Shown here: positions 1-9,724 of the stretch, piece after piece
How the letters are laid out: every line of letters starts with the position of its first letter
Position numbering within the stretch: position 1 is the first letter of the stretch
Assembly (NCBI GenBank): GCA_016840085.1
Contig: JAEOTA010000077.1
Location: 1 to 28,005, forward strand
Direction of reading: 5' to 3'
DNA length: 28,005 bases
From: Promethearchaeota archaeon
GTDB taxonomy: Archaea > Asgardarchaeota > Lokiarchaeia > Sigyniarchaeales > SOKP01
The notes under the pieces: generated by a model
The model's input: the letters and a program-made list of their open reading frames with translations, nothing else
What the model was told of the DNA's origin: nothing
Databases searched by the model: none
Program-made: the position numbers and the translations under genes

Positions 1-260
1 ATCCTTCAAAACTGAAAATAGGCGTTCATTTATCGATTTTTCCAATTTTTTAAAAAATCCTGATGTGTGCGGGAAAAAGTGTTTCTCGCAATCTGTACAT
101 TCATAATGCTGTGGATGACCCTTTATTTTGGTGTCATGCCCTTTTTAATTATACTTTCAGACGAACAACCCTTAAACGTTCTCGGGCACTCTATTTTGAT
201 CTCAAAGGTCGAAACCTCGTCTCCCCAGCCCACTTGGACTGGATAAAAATCTAATATCAT
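1..260 (-). pseudogene. N-terminus of an IS1/IS6-like transposase (zinc-ribbon), frameshifted and cut by the window edge
   Basis: Manual minus-strand translation from ATG at 260 (AGGAGG upstream): MILDFYPVQVGWGDEVSTFEIKIECPRTFKGCSSESIIK, -1 shift near 141-146, then GHDTKIKGHPQHYECTDCEKHFFPHTSG. The C-x6-C...K.G...Q.Y.C..C...F pattern resembles InsA/IS6 zinc ribbons. A possible IS end (GGTTTAATTAAATCACGCG) lies near 357. Confidence 0.55.
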
Positions 261-425
261 ATAATTCCTCCTTTATATTTAATTAATTCATTAATTAAAA
301 TAGGAAATTAGGCGAATTTAAGTCTATCGTTTAGGAAACGCGTGATTTAATTAAACCTCCAAAAGCTATAAATATTTTTGTCGATGAAGGTAAATTAAAA
401 ATTATCTAAAAGAATAAATTAAATT

Positions 426-1166
426 TTAAATTCTATAATCCTCTTCCTTGAGAATCAGATTGGGATCTATAAAACCTAAATTGATTTTTTTTAACACATA
501 TTTTCTGAATTCTTTACTAGTAAATGATTTTGCGTGAAATTGAAAAGCTTCATCTATTTTAGCCCATTTGGAGGAAGATTCTTTATTTTCTAATTCCCTA
601 ATTTCATATTCTACTATTGTAGCTCCTAAGAGCATACTATATATAAAAAAAGTTAATAATTCAGCATTTTTTTCTTTAATCTTATTTTCATCTATAGCTT
701 TCTGTATTAATCTGATAGTACCAATAAGATAATTGAATGGCTCGTATGATAGTTCAAAAGGTCCTATTTTATCAGAAGGAGGTGAAGGCGTAATATGCAT
801 CATTCTAAAGGCAGAAAAATCCCTTTCAGCGAACTTAAAAAAGTGTTCAAATATTTTTAATAATAAATCAAGATATGAACCGTCATGTTTTCTTAATATT
901 TCTATATTTTCATTTCGATATTGTTCAAAAAATTTTCTACGAATAGCAATCCATAGTTCTCTTTTACTCTCAATATAATTATAAAGATTATTTTGATTCA
1001 TATTAAGTACTTTTGCTAATCCTCGCATACTAAAACTCCATGATCCTTCTTCAAGAAAAAATTGTTTTCCAGCTTCTAAGATCCGTTCAAATTGTTTTTT
1101 TTTTTTTTCTGGAGTTCGACTTCGTGTTTTTTTTCTTTTCTCAACTTTGAGTTTTTTATTTTCCAT
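426..1166 (-). CDS. TetR/AcrR family transcriptional regulator
   Basis: N-terminal HTH (RILEAGKQFFLEEG...SMRGLAKVLNMNQNNLYNYIESKREL); GAGAGG upstream; divergent from the DUF2961 gene. Confidence 0.9.
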   Translation of the reverse strand: MENKKLKVEKRKKTRSRTPEKKKKQFERILEAGKQFFLEEGSWSFSMRGLAKVLNMNQNNLYNYIESKRELWIAIRRKFFEQYRNENIEILRKHDGSYLDLLLKIFEHFFKFAERDFSAFRMMHITPSPPSDKIGPFELSYEPFNYLIGTIRLIQKAIDENKIKEKNAELLTFFIYSMLLGATIVEYEIRELENKESSSKWAKIDEAFQFHAKSFTSKEFRKYVLKKINLGFIDPNLILKEEDYRI

Positions 1167-1220
1167 TTGATACCTCTCACATAATTTATTTTAAATAAAT
1201 AGATAAATTTTTTTAATAAG

Positions 1221-1265
1221 TATATTTATATCATATATATTTATATCATATAAATTTATATTGTA
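1221..1265. repeat. 15-bp tandem repeat in the divergent promoter region (candidate operator/TATA array)
   Basis: TATATTTATATCATA at 1221-1235 and 1236-1250, a degenerate TAAATTTATATTGTA at 1251-1265, and TAAATTTATATTGT again at 1348-1361. Confidence 0.6.
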
Positions 1266-1435
1266 TATTAAAATTTAAAATAATATTTAAAAGAATTATT
1301 AAATTATGCCAAATAATGAATTTAGAAATTTTAAAAATTATTTTATCTAAATTTATATTGTTTATTAAATTAATAATATTTAATAATAATTAATTCATGA
1401 ATTATGATATTTTAGAACAATAAAATGGATCTAAT

Positions 1436-2689
1436 ATGTATTCTAATAATTTTGATATATTTAAACTAAGAAAAAAAGCGAGCAAAAGAATTTCAAGTTA
1501 TGACAAATCTGGAGGAAATAGAGATGCTATAAGAATTGAAGGTAATTCTACTAAAGTTTTGGCAGAAATTGAGGGACCCGGTATAATTAAACATATTTAT
1601 TTTACTATGATCCTTCAAAATCCATTGGATTTCAGGCGAGCAATCATAAAAATGTATTGGGATAATGAGAAAAATCCATCAGTTGAAGTACCATTTGGAG
1701 ATTTTTTTCTAATTGGCAATTGTAGAGTCCGTGAAATTAATTCATTTATGGTAACTGTAAATAAAGGTGTCGGTGGTAGTTATGGGTTTAATATATATTT
1801 TCCTATGCCATTTTCTGAAAATGCAAAAATAGAAATCGAAAACCAAGGTACAACTCCTCTTGGAGGTATTGTAGAATTTTTATGGTATCATATTGATTAT
1901 GACATTTTAAGTGACCAGTTCCCAGAGGAAATTGGATATTTTCATGCTTATTGGAATAGAGAAAACTTAACTAAAATTTCAAGCGCAATTGCTGAAGATA
2001 ATAAAAATAAACAGATATGGTCAGGTAAGAACATAACAGGCGTTGATAATTATGTAATTTTAGATACTGAGGGAGATGGGAAATTAGTAGGTCTATTTCT
2101 ATGTATTGATAATATTGCGGGAGGATGGTATGGTGAAGGAGATGATATGATTTTTATTGATGATGAGATATGGCCTCCACCTATACATGGAACAGGGACA
2201 GAGGAGATTTTTGGAGGTGGAGCTAGCCCAGCAATAGAGTTTTGCCGCCCTTTTTCAGGATTCCACCTAATCGAAAATAACAATTATTCTGGAAATAATG
2301 CCATGTATCGATGGTTTATTCAGGATTCGATAAGGTTTAATAAAAAAATTAGATGGACTATTGAACATGGGCATGCTAATAACTTAGAAAACGATTATTC
2401 AAGTGTAGCATATTGGTATCAAAAAGAACCTCATAAAAAATATAAATCCCTGCCTTCATTAGAGAATAGAATTCCAAGATTACCGAAAAATTTTGAATCA
2501 ATTTGGGCTGAAGTTATTAATATTGGTCAAGGACTTGTTTCTATTATCTCTAAACTAAATGATAAGCAGAGAGACGAGTTAGTACCACCTGCAAATGATG
2601 CAATATATCTATTTATGGAAGGGAAATACATTAATGCTTTAGAAAAATTAAAAAATACAAATGAGGTTATTAAGCAAAAAATTTCCTAA
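1436..2689 (+). CDS. DUF2961 / glycoside hydrolase family 172 protein
   Basis: Motifs SSYDKSGGNRD, GPGIIKHI, PSVEVPFGDFF, WYGEGDD, GTGTEE, YRWFIQD, IEHGHAN, SSVAYWYQ. Confidence 0.88.
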   Translation: MYSNNFDIFKLRKKASKRISSYDKSGGNRDAIRIEGNSTKVLAEIEGPGIIKHIYFTMILQNPLDFRRAIIKMYWDNEKNPSVEVPFGDFFLIGNCRVREINSFMVTVNKGVGGSYGFNIYFPMPFSENAKIEIENQGTTPLGGIVEFLWYHIDYDILSDQFPEEIGYFHAYWNRENLTKISSAIAEDNKNKQIWSGKNITGVDNYVILDTEGDGKLVGLFLCIDNIAGGWYGEGDDMIFIDDEIWPPPIHGTGTEEIFGGGASPAIEFCRPFSGFHLIENNNYSGNNAMYRWFIQDSIRFNKKIRWTIEHGHANNLENDYSSVAYWYQKEPHKKYKSLPSLENRIPRLPKNFESIWAEVINIGQGLVSIISKLNDKQRDELVPPANDAIYLFMEGKYINALEKLKNTNEVIKQKIS

Positions 2690-3143
2690 TTAATAACTAA
2701 TAAAAAGTGTTAATATGTGCTTTCTTTTAAAGTCTTAGAATTTATAGATGATACCCCTAAAAATGGAGCCAGTAAATGGTTTTATCCTGTAATAAGAAAT
2801 AAGACATTAAATAAAGCTCTGAGAATTTAGTCATGAAAAATAATTTGATTTCTTAAATCAAAACCTCATCTATTTCAGAATGCCAAGATATATTAAATTC
2901 AAGGAAAATTCCTAGCGAATCTATCGTTTACAAGATTTAAAATATCCATTAAAAGAAGGATTGGAAAATCCTGAGATTAAAATAAATACATGGGATTAAG
3001 AAATGAGAGATTTTATTAAAATTAAGAAAATTACCGATAATTGATAGAATGAAGTTGAGATATTAAAATATGAAACAAATACGATTATTAAATATAAGAT
3101 AGAATTTATTAATATATAATTATCTTTTTAAAAGGAGGAAGAT

Positions 3144-4220
3144 ATGGCTCGAGCAAAGAATATGATTAAATACGTTATTATGCGTATTCTAGCCATGATT
3201 CCAATGGTAATTACTGTTATAATAGTAACATTTTTCTTAACGCGAATGATGGCAGTTGATCCCGCCACGAATGCTGTAATAAATGTTTCAGATCCTGTAA
3301 GGAGATATGAATTGCTCGAGATTGAGAGAAAACGTATGGGATGGTATGACCCATGGTACATTCAAATAGGTACGTATTTAAAGAATATTTTCACAGGAAA
3401 CTGGGGGCAATCTTATGTTATTCAGCAAGGAAAACCTGTGCTAGAAGTGATTGGAGATATTTTACCAAAAACAATAGAATTAGTTATTTTTCCTATTATT
3501 ATTGTGCCAATTATAGCAGTGAAACTCGGTGTTACTTCAGCAACAAATAAAGATAAATCTAAAGATATTTCAATCCGGTCGCTTTCAATATTAGGAGCAG
3601 GATTTCCAATATTTTGGATAGCTACACTTCTTCAATTATTTTTTGGTCTTAGCATAAAATATTTTACATATGGTAAGATTGATTTAGAAATAATGTATTC
3701 AAATACTCCAGGTATAATAAATCCTGTTCCTGAGGGGGGATTTGATACTGGGTTTCGTTTATTAAATGGTTTTATTTATAATGATCAATACTTTTTATGG
3801 GATACAATCTCTCATTTATTCCTACCTGTTGCATGCTTAACTTTTGCTTCACTAGCTGGAATTGCTAGGCAAACAAGAGCAAGTATGTTGGAAATATTGG
3901 ATCAGGATTATATTAGAACAGCTAGGGCTAAGGGTGTCAAGGAGGATGATGTAATCAATAAACATGCTCTTCGAAATGCTATTCTTCCAACTAGTAATTT
4001 GATAGTTGCTAACATCACAGGTTCTTTATTAGGATCATTTTTCTTAGAAGTGAGTTTTAACTATACGGGTTATGGATATTGGATGATCTTAGCAATTTTC
4101 CAAGGGGATTACTTAGTAATAAGTGGTCTAGTGATGTTTTCATCATTTATTATTATGGGTGGCACTCTGACAGCTGATGTATTATATACAATTATTGATC
4201 CTAGAATTGTTTATAGATAA
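3144..4220 (+). CDS. dppB: Dipeptide/oligopeptide/nickel ABC transporter permease (B subunit)
   Basis: KYVIMRIL N-terminus, EAA-type loop QDYIRTARAKG...KHALRNA, C-terminal DVLYTIIDPRI; AGGAGG SD upstream. Confidence 0.92.
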   Translation: MARAKNMIKYVIMRILAMIPMVITVIIVTFFLTRMMAVDPATNAVINVSDPVRRYELLEIERKRMGWYDPWYIQIGTYLKNIFTGNWGQSYVIQQGKPVLEVIGDILPKTIELVIFPIIIVPIIAVKLGVTSATNKDKSKDISIRSLSILGAGFPIFWIATLLQLFFGLSIKYFTYGKIDLEIMYSNTPGIINPVPEGGFDTGFRLLNGFIYNDQYFLWDTISHLFLPVACLTFASLAGIARQTRASMLEILDQDYIRTARAKGVKEDDVINKHALRNAILPTSNLIVANITGSLLGSFFLEVSFNYTGYGYWMILAIFQGDYLVISGLVMFSSFIIMGGTLTADVLYTIIDPRIVYR

Positions 4221-4226
4221 TTTAAA

Positions 4227-5237
4227 ATGAGGTTAATCAAAATGAGCGATATTTATCTTAAAGAGTTGGAAAAAAAGGATTCAACATTAACTCTAAAAAG
4301 TAAACTAATTAGATATCTAAAATTCTATTTAATTCCTGGAGCTAGAGATCCAAAATTTACTGCTATTGAATATGAAATCGGGAAAATTAAGTCTAAAAGA
4401 AGAGTTTTTCGTAGGATTTTTACACCTTTAACAATAATAGGTTTTGGTATAATATATTTCATAGTGTTTTTAGCAGTTTTTAGTCCTTGGCTATCGGAAT
4501 ATCCACTGCAAGAATTATCTTTACCCTATTATCCTCCTGATGGTGTAGCATTTCAACCACCATCTCCTGAACATCTTTTAGGTACTACAAAGTATGGATA
4601 TGATCTTATAGGAAGGATAATATGGGGTTCTAGAACTGCAGTTACAGCTGCTTTACTCCCTGTTTTAATTGCAGTTGGTAGTGGTATGATAATTGGGACA
4701 ATGTCGGCTTATTTTGGTGGAAAAGTGGATTATATTATAATGCGTTTTTGTGATTTAATGTTTGCTTTCCCCATTCTGATAATTGTAATAGTTCTAGCTC
4801 CATTAGTGGGTAAAGATATATATACAATCCTATTGATTTATGGCTTACTGTCAATACCAGCATTTATAAGATTTATGCGTTCAATTGTGCTGCAAGTAAG
4901 AGAAATGGTTTATGTTAGGGCAGCCACTGTTGGTGGTTCAAATAAATTAAAATTAATGTTCAAGCATATTTTACCAAATGCGATTTCACCTATGATAATC
5001 TCATTCTTTCATACAATGGCAGGAGCAATAATTGCATTTGCAGGCATTGGATTTTTAGGTTTAACTCAAGGAGCGAGTTATGCTGATTGGGGTACAGATC
5101 TTAATTGGGCGAAAGCACGCTTTTCGGCTTTCTGGGCTGCAATTTGGCCAGGATTTTTTATAGGAATTACTGCCATTGGATTTATATTTATTGGAGATGG
5201 ATTAAGAGATGCTTTAGATCCGAGATTACATATTTAA
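4227..5237 (+). CDS. dppC: Dipeptide/oligopeptide/nickel ABC transporter permease (C subunit)
   Basis: PPSPEHLLGT...GYDL..RIIWGSR, KHILPNA, GDGLRDALDPR; alternative start ATG 4242. Confidence 0.92.
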   Translation: MRLIKMSDIYLKELEKKDSTLTLKSKLIRYLKFYLIPGARDPKFTAIEYEIGKIKSKRRVFRRIFTPLTIIGFGIIYFIVFLAVFSPWLSEYPLQELSLPYYPPDGVAFQPPSPEHLLGTTKYGYDLIGRIIWGSRTAVTAALLPVLIAVGSGMIIGTMSAYFGGKVDYIIMRFCDLMFAFPILIIVIVLAPLVGKDIYTILLIYGLLSIPAFIRFMRSIVLQVREMVYVRAATVGGSNKLKLMFKHILPNAISPMIISFFHTMAGAIIAFAGIGFLGLTQGASYADWGTDLNWAKARFSAFWAAIWPGFFIGITAIGFIFIGDGLRDALDPRLHI

Positions 5238-5251
5238 AAGAGGGATAAAGA

Positions 5252-7180
5252 ATTCTTGAAATAATATTTCAATATTTTCCAAATTATGGATTCACACTTA
5301 TTCAAACTGTTATTCTGGTCTTAATTCTATATATTGTTGTTAATATTTTAAATAGTATTTTACCAGTAGATAAGCGAATACATGAAAAAATTTATCACCG
5401 AAGTAGCTTGCAAACTAGTTTTATTTCAATGGGAGTAATTATTTCTATTCGTTTTCTATTTGAATATCTTGGATATTATAGTATAATTTTTCGTATATTA
5501 AATAATGCTTTTTTATCTTTAGTTATATTAGCAACAATATTTTATCCTTTAAATAAAGTATTTTTAAAGAAAATAGGTAATTTAGAATCATTAATAAATG
5601 ATAGGATTTATTCACAACAATTTTCAAAAATATATTTCATATTTATAGGATGTTTATCTTTTACTGCTTTAATATTTCTCTCATTTGATTTTCTGAATAT
5701 TCCATTTGAGAATATTGACATTTTTTATTTGGGACTATTTTGGTCTTTTGGAATAGTAATTATAAATGTTTCAATTGTATATTTGATAAATTTTGTGTTG
5801 CCAATTAAAAAAAAAATTCCTGCACATTTTTTTAAAACAGCAATCTTTATATCAGCAATAATTGCTTTTGGAATATGGTCTATTCAACTTTTTATTTTCG
5901 AGATATATCTTAGGAGATTATTTGGAATTCTCTTTTTTGAGCAAGACATTCGTATTTTAACTTGTGTGGTTTCTCTTATTTTTTTCCTAAGTTTTTATGT
6001 TCTTATGAAATTAAAATTTTTACCTAAGAAAGAAAGTGTTAGCAAGCAAAAACTTCAAAAGGCCTTAGAACTAATTGAAAGAGCACCTACAGAGGAGTTA
6101 AGATTAAAAAACAAGGATATAGTTATAGATGTACAAGATATTGTGACAAAATTTTATACAGAAGAAGGTGTGGTTCATGCTGTAGATGGTGTATCATTTA
6201 AAGTTTATCGAGGAGAAGTTCTTGGCTTAGTGGGTGAGACAGGTTGTGGAAAAACAGTTACTGCTTTATCAATTATTCAATTAATTAGACCTCCAGGAAA
6301 AATAGAAAGTGGAAAAGTTATTTTTAATGATGACGATTTACTTAAAAAATCTGAGAAAGAAATGTATGATTATCGTGGAAAGGAAATTAGCATGATTTTT
6401 CAAGATCCTTTAAATTCACTTAACCCAGTTTTTAAAATAGGATCCCAAATCTCTGAAGTATTTTTATTACATTTGGAGAATGAGCTACTTATAGAGGCCT
6501 TAAAAGATCCTGAGTTAAGCATATATAGTGTAGCTAGAAAAAGAAGCACAGAATTATTAAAAGAATTAAACATACCCGCACCTGAACGAATTTATGATCT
6601 ATATCCACATGAGTTAAGTGGAGGAATGAGACAACGGGTCCAAATCGCTATGGCACTTGCATGTAGTCCCCAATTATTAATAGCAGATGAACCTACTACT
6701 GCCTTAGACGTTACTGTAAAAAATCAAATTCTTAAATTGATGAAGGATCTTCAGAAAAAGTATAAAACATCAATATTGTATATTACCCATAATTTAGGTA
6801 TTATATCAAAAATGTGTGATAGGGTTGCGGTGATGTATAGTGGACGACTTGTAGAATATGGAAATAGAGAAACTTTATTTTCACGTCCATATCATCCATA
6901 TACAAAGGGTTTAATGGCATCTATACCTGTTGTTGGAAAAAAGAGAGAGGAATTAGATGTTATTCCTGGAATGGTTCCAAATTTAATTTATCCCCCTTCA
7001 GGATGTAGGTTTCATCCTCGTTGCAAATATTGTTTTGCACCGTGTGATTCTAAAATACCAAAAAATATTGAAGTTGAGCCAAATTATTACGTAGCCTGTC
7101 ATCTATATGATCCTATTTACAAGGAACAAGCAGACATTTCGATAAACAAAAAAAAAGAAAATAAAATCTCAAAGAAATAA
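5252..7180 (+). CDS. dppD: Dpp/Opp ABC ATPase (D-type) fused to an N-terminal multi-pass membrane domain
   Basis: Walker A GETGCGKT, LSGGMRQR, ADEPTTALD, H-loop ITHNLG, HPY domain with GCRFHPRC...C...VACH. About 200-250 aa of hydrophobic sequence precede the ATPase. The ORF track starts at TTG 5408, but the frame is open from 5249, with GAGGG at 5240-5244 and ATT at 5252; the start is uncertain. Confidence 0.85.
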   Translation: MLEIIFQYFPNYGFTLIQTVILVLILYIVVNILNSILPVDKRIHEKIYHRSSLQTSFISMGVIISIRFLFEYLGYYSIIFRILNNAFLSLVILATIFYPLNKVFLKKIGNLESLINDRIYSQQFSKIYFIFIGCLSFTALIFLSFDFLNIPFENIDIFYLGLFWSFGIVIINVSIVYLINFVLPIKKKIPAHFFKTAIFISAIIAFGIWSIQLFIFEIYLRRLFGILFFEQDIRILTCVVSLIFFLSFYVLMKLKFLPKKESVSKQKLQKALELIERAPTEELRLKNKDIVIDVQDIVTKFYTEEGVVHAVDGVSFKVYRGEVLGLVGETGCGKTVTALSIIQLIRPPGKIESGKVIFNDDDLLKKSEKEMYDYRGKEISMIFQDPLNSLNPVFKIGSQISEVFLLHLENELLIEALKDPELSIYSVARKRSTELLKELNIPAPERIYDLYPHELSGGMRQRVQIAMALACSPQLLIADEPTTALDVTVKNQILKLMKDLQKKYKTSILYITHNLGIISKMCDRVAVMYSGRLVEYGNRETLFSRPYHPYTKGLMASIPVVGKKREELDVIPGMVPNLIYPPSGCRFHPRCKYCFAPCDSKIPKNIEVEPNYYVACHLYDPIYKEQADISINKKKENKISKK

Positions 7181-7254
7181 GAAAGTAAAGTAGATTGATA
7201 AAGAATTTAAAATTTCATTAAATAAGTATTTAAAAATAGATAATACAAGAAAAA

Positions 7255-8964
7255 ATGACTGTTCAAGGGATGACTGTAAATGAATTTTATATAGTATTAT
7301 TTAAGATTTTATTATTGATAATAATTTTTTATCTTGGAATTAAGCTATTTGCATTTTATTTAAAAAGAAAAAAATGGGACGCTCCATACATCAATGCTTT
7401 AATTTTGATTATTCCTTGGTTTATAATAGATTTGAATATTGGAATTTTGTTTTCTCTATATTATGCAGAAAATATTTTTATTGAAATATTACTTATCGCT
7501 ATTAAAATTATAGTAGGAGTTCTCTTTATAGCTATTTTTTATAGAAAAAACTTAATTAGATCAATCCTATATATTACCTTTATTCAAGCTATTTTATTTG
7601 GAATTTTATTATCATTAGAAGGTATTCTTTTTCTCTTCAAATTACCTGAGTTTAATATAAAATATAGTGAAGGCTCAGTATTATTATATATTATCTTTTT
7701 TATTGTTATTATGAGTATAACTATTTTTTACTCATATTGGGGACACAAAATCAATTTTGTGGCTCAAAAAAATGAAATTGCTTTATTTAGTACTATTCCT
7801 GGAACTCTATACTTAAATTATATATTTATTACGCAAGTTGAAAATTTCTTCTCCAGAGGATTTTCTAGCTTTTTAATTGCAATATTACTTTCGATTATTA
7901 CCTCGTTTATAACAAAAAAAATATCCTATAAAAATATTTCACTTAAAAAATTAAGAAAATTAACTATTCACGAAAAAGACCAAGATCTTTTAAGAATTAA
8001 AGATTTAAAAGTTTATTATCCTCTTCTTGGTGGAGTTCTAAAAAGACAAATTGGTTCAGTGAAAGCTGTTGATGGTATCTCTATCAGTATAAAAACGGGA
8101 GAAACTGTAGGATTAGTAGGAGAAAGTGGTTGTGGTAAAACTACAGTTGCGAACGCTATATTAGGTTTGGGTCCGAAAGAAGCAGGAGATATCATATTTC
8201 ATGGTAAACCTATGCCAAAATATTATTCTACAGAACTAAGACACAAAATTCAAATGGTTTTTCAAGATCCCGATGCTTCTTTAAATCCAAGAATGAAAAT
8301 AGTTGATATAATTGCAGATCCTCTTAAAAATCTAATGGGAATAACAAAAAAAGATGAAATTAGACGTCATGTTTTAAAATTGATAGAACAAGTCGCTTTA
8401 AAACGAGAACATATGGATCGTTTTCCACACGAATTTTCAGGAGGACAGAAACAGAGAATAGTAATTGCAAGAGCACTTGCAAGTAATCCTGAATTAATTA
8501 TTCTAGATGAACCTACTTCGGCGCTTGATGTTTCAGTTCAAGCTCAAATACTTAACATTTTAAAACGTCTGCAAAAAACTTATAATTTTGGATTTCTCTT
8601 TATCACCCATAATTTAGCTGTTGTAAATCATATTGCTGACCGTGTAGCTGTTATGTATTTAGGGAAAATTGTTGAAATTGGTGATACAGATCAAATTTTT
8701 TTTAATCCCTCTCATCCTTATACTCAAGCTTTACTCGCATCCAGAACTGAAATTGATACTGGCCCAGAAATTAGATTCGTCCTTAAAGGAGAGGTTCCTA
8801 GTCCAATTAATCCTCCTTCAGGGTGTTACTTTAATCCTAGATGTTCTTCTGACACTAGAACTCCCGAATGTGAATATAAAGTACCTCATAAGATAACTAT
8901 TGAAGAAGGACACTATATCTGGTGTATTAATCCTCCAGTTTCAAAAAAAATAGTGAATAATTAA
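7255..8964 (+). CDS. dppF: Dpp/Opp ABC ATPase (F-type) fused to an N-terminal multi-pass membrane domain
   Basis: VKAVDG, GESGCGKTT, FSGGQKQR, LDEPTSALD, HPYT, GCYFNPRC; the first ~220 aa contain about 6-7 hydrophobic segments. Confidence 0.87.
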   Translation: MTVQGMTVNEFYIVLFKILLLIIIFYLGIKLFAFYLKRKKWDAPYINALILIIPWFIIDLNIGILFSLYYAENIFIEILLIAIKIIVGVLFIAIFYRKNLIRSILYITFIQAILFGILLSLEGILFLFKLPEFNIKYSEGSVLLYIIFFIVIMSITIFYSYWGHKINFVAQKNEIALFSTIPGTLYLNYIFITQVENFFSRGFSSFLIAILLSIITSFITKKISYKNISLKKLRKLTIHEKDQDLLRIKDLKVYYPLLGGVLKRQIGSVKAVDGISISIKTGETVGLVGESGCGKTTVANAILGLGPKEAGDIIFHGKPMPKYYSTELRHKIQMVFQDPDASLNPRMKIVDIIADPLKNLMGITKKDEIRRHVLKLIEQVALKREHMDRFPHEFSGGQKQRIVIARALASNPELIILDEPTSALDVSVQAQILNILKRLQKTYNFGFLFITHNLAVVNHIADRVAVMYLGKIVEIGDTDQIFFNPSHPYTQALLASRTEIDTGPEIRFVLKGEVPSPINPPSGCYFNPRCSSDTRTPECEYKVPHKITIEEGHYIWCINPPVSKKIVNN

Positions 8965-8994
8965 AAAAAATCTAGGATTTATTTTTAAAATCTA

Positions 8995-9548
8995 ACTATC
9001 TTTACTCATGGATGGAAGGATTATTCTCTAGATTTTATAAAGTCTTTATCTTTATTAATGAAATAATACCATGCATTATGAAACATGAGACAATTATCTT
9101 CAGCTCCAATTTTTTCTAAAAGTTTAATTCGTAATTTTCTTGCTTAAATATTCTCATGTCTTTCTTGAATCAATACATATAATATTTGAAGATCTAATTG
9201 AAATTGATCTTGATTATAAAGCTCTTCAACCCGTCCCAATATTTTAGTTAAATTTCTCGGTTTGAAATTTAAAATAAAATTTTTTTTTAATTTATTAATG
9301 TATACTAATGGTCCATCAAGAATAACCTAAATTTTTACTGATTTAGAACTTGTAATTAACAAAATAAACAGAAAATAATTTTATATCTATCCAAGTATAC
9401 AAATTATTTAAGGAATGATCGGTTTTCTTCTTATTCCCTAATTTAATATAGACTAGATTTGTTATAACTCCCACCATTAGAATTAATGAAGTGAAGAATT
9501 TGTATTTTTTTTTATTGTTGTTCTTTTACTTGACAATCTTCCGGTCAT
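8995..9548 (-). pseudogene. Degraded ORF remnant, function uncertain (possibly alpha/beta-hydrolase-like)
   Basis: Minus-strand coding-like stretches (KYKFFTSLILMVGVITNLVY; VILDGPLVY...LQILYVLIQERHENI*...LMFHNAWYYF) broken by stops and shifts. Confidence 0.25.
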
Positions 9549-9724
9549 AACGAATATCTTATTGCATAAAAATAGCTTTTAGCAATTAAAAGAAATCTTT
9601 TCAGAATTCTGTTATAAAAAGGTTTTTAAAAAGGATATAAGGTATGATGAATTTAATAAGTGCTGAGATATTTTAATATAATCTAAAAAATATATGAAAA
9701 ATTAAAGAAAAACAATAATAATTT

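Noticed and set aside
2700-3120. Possible remnant of the missing substrate-binding protein gene upstream of dppB
   Set aside because: No sustained frame or family-5 SBP motif could be read; a tBLASTn search would be needed.
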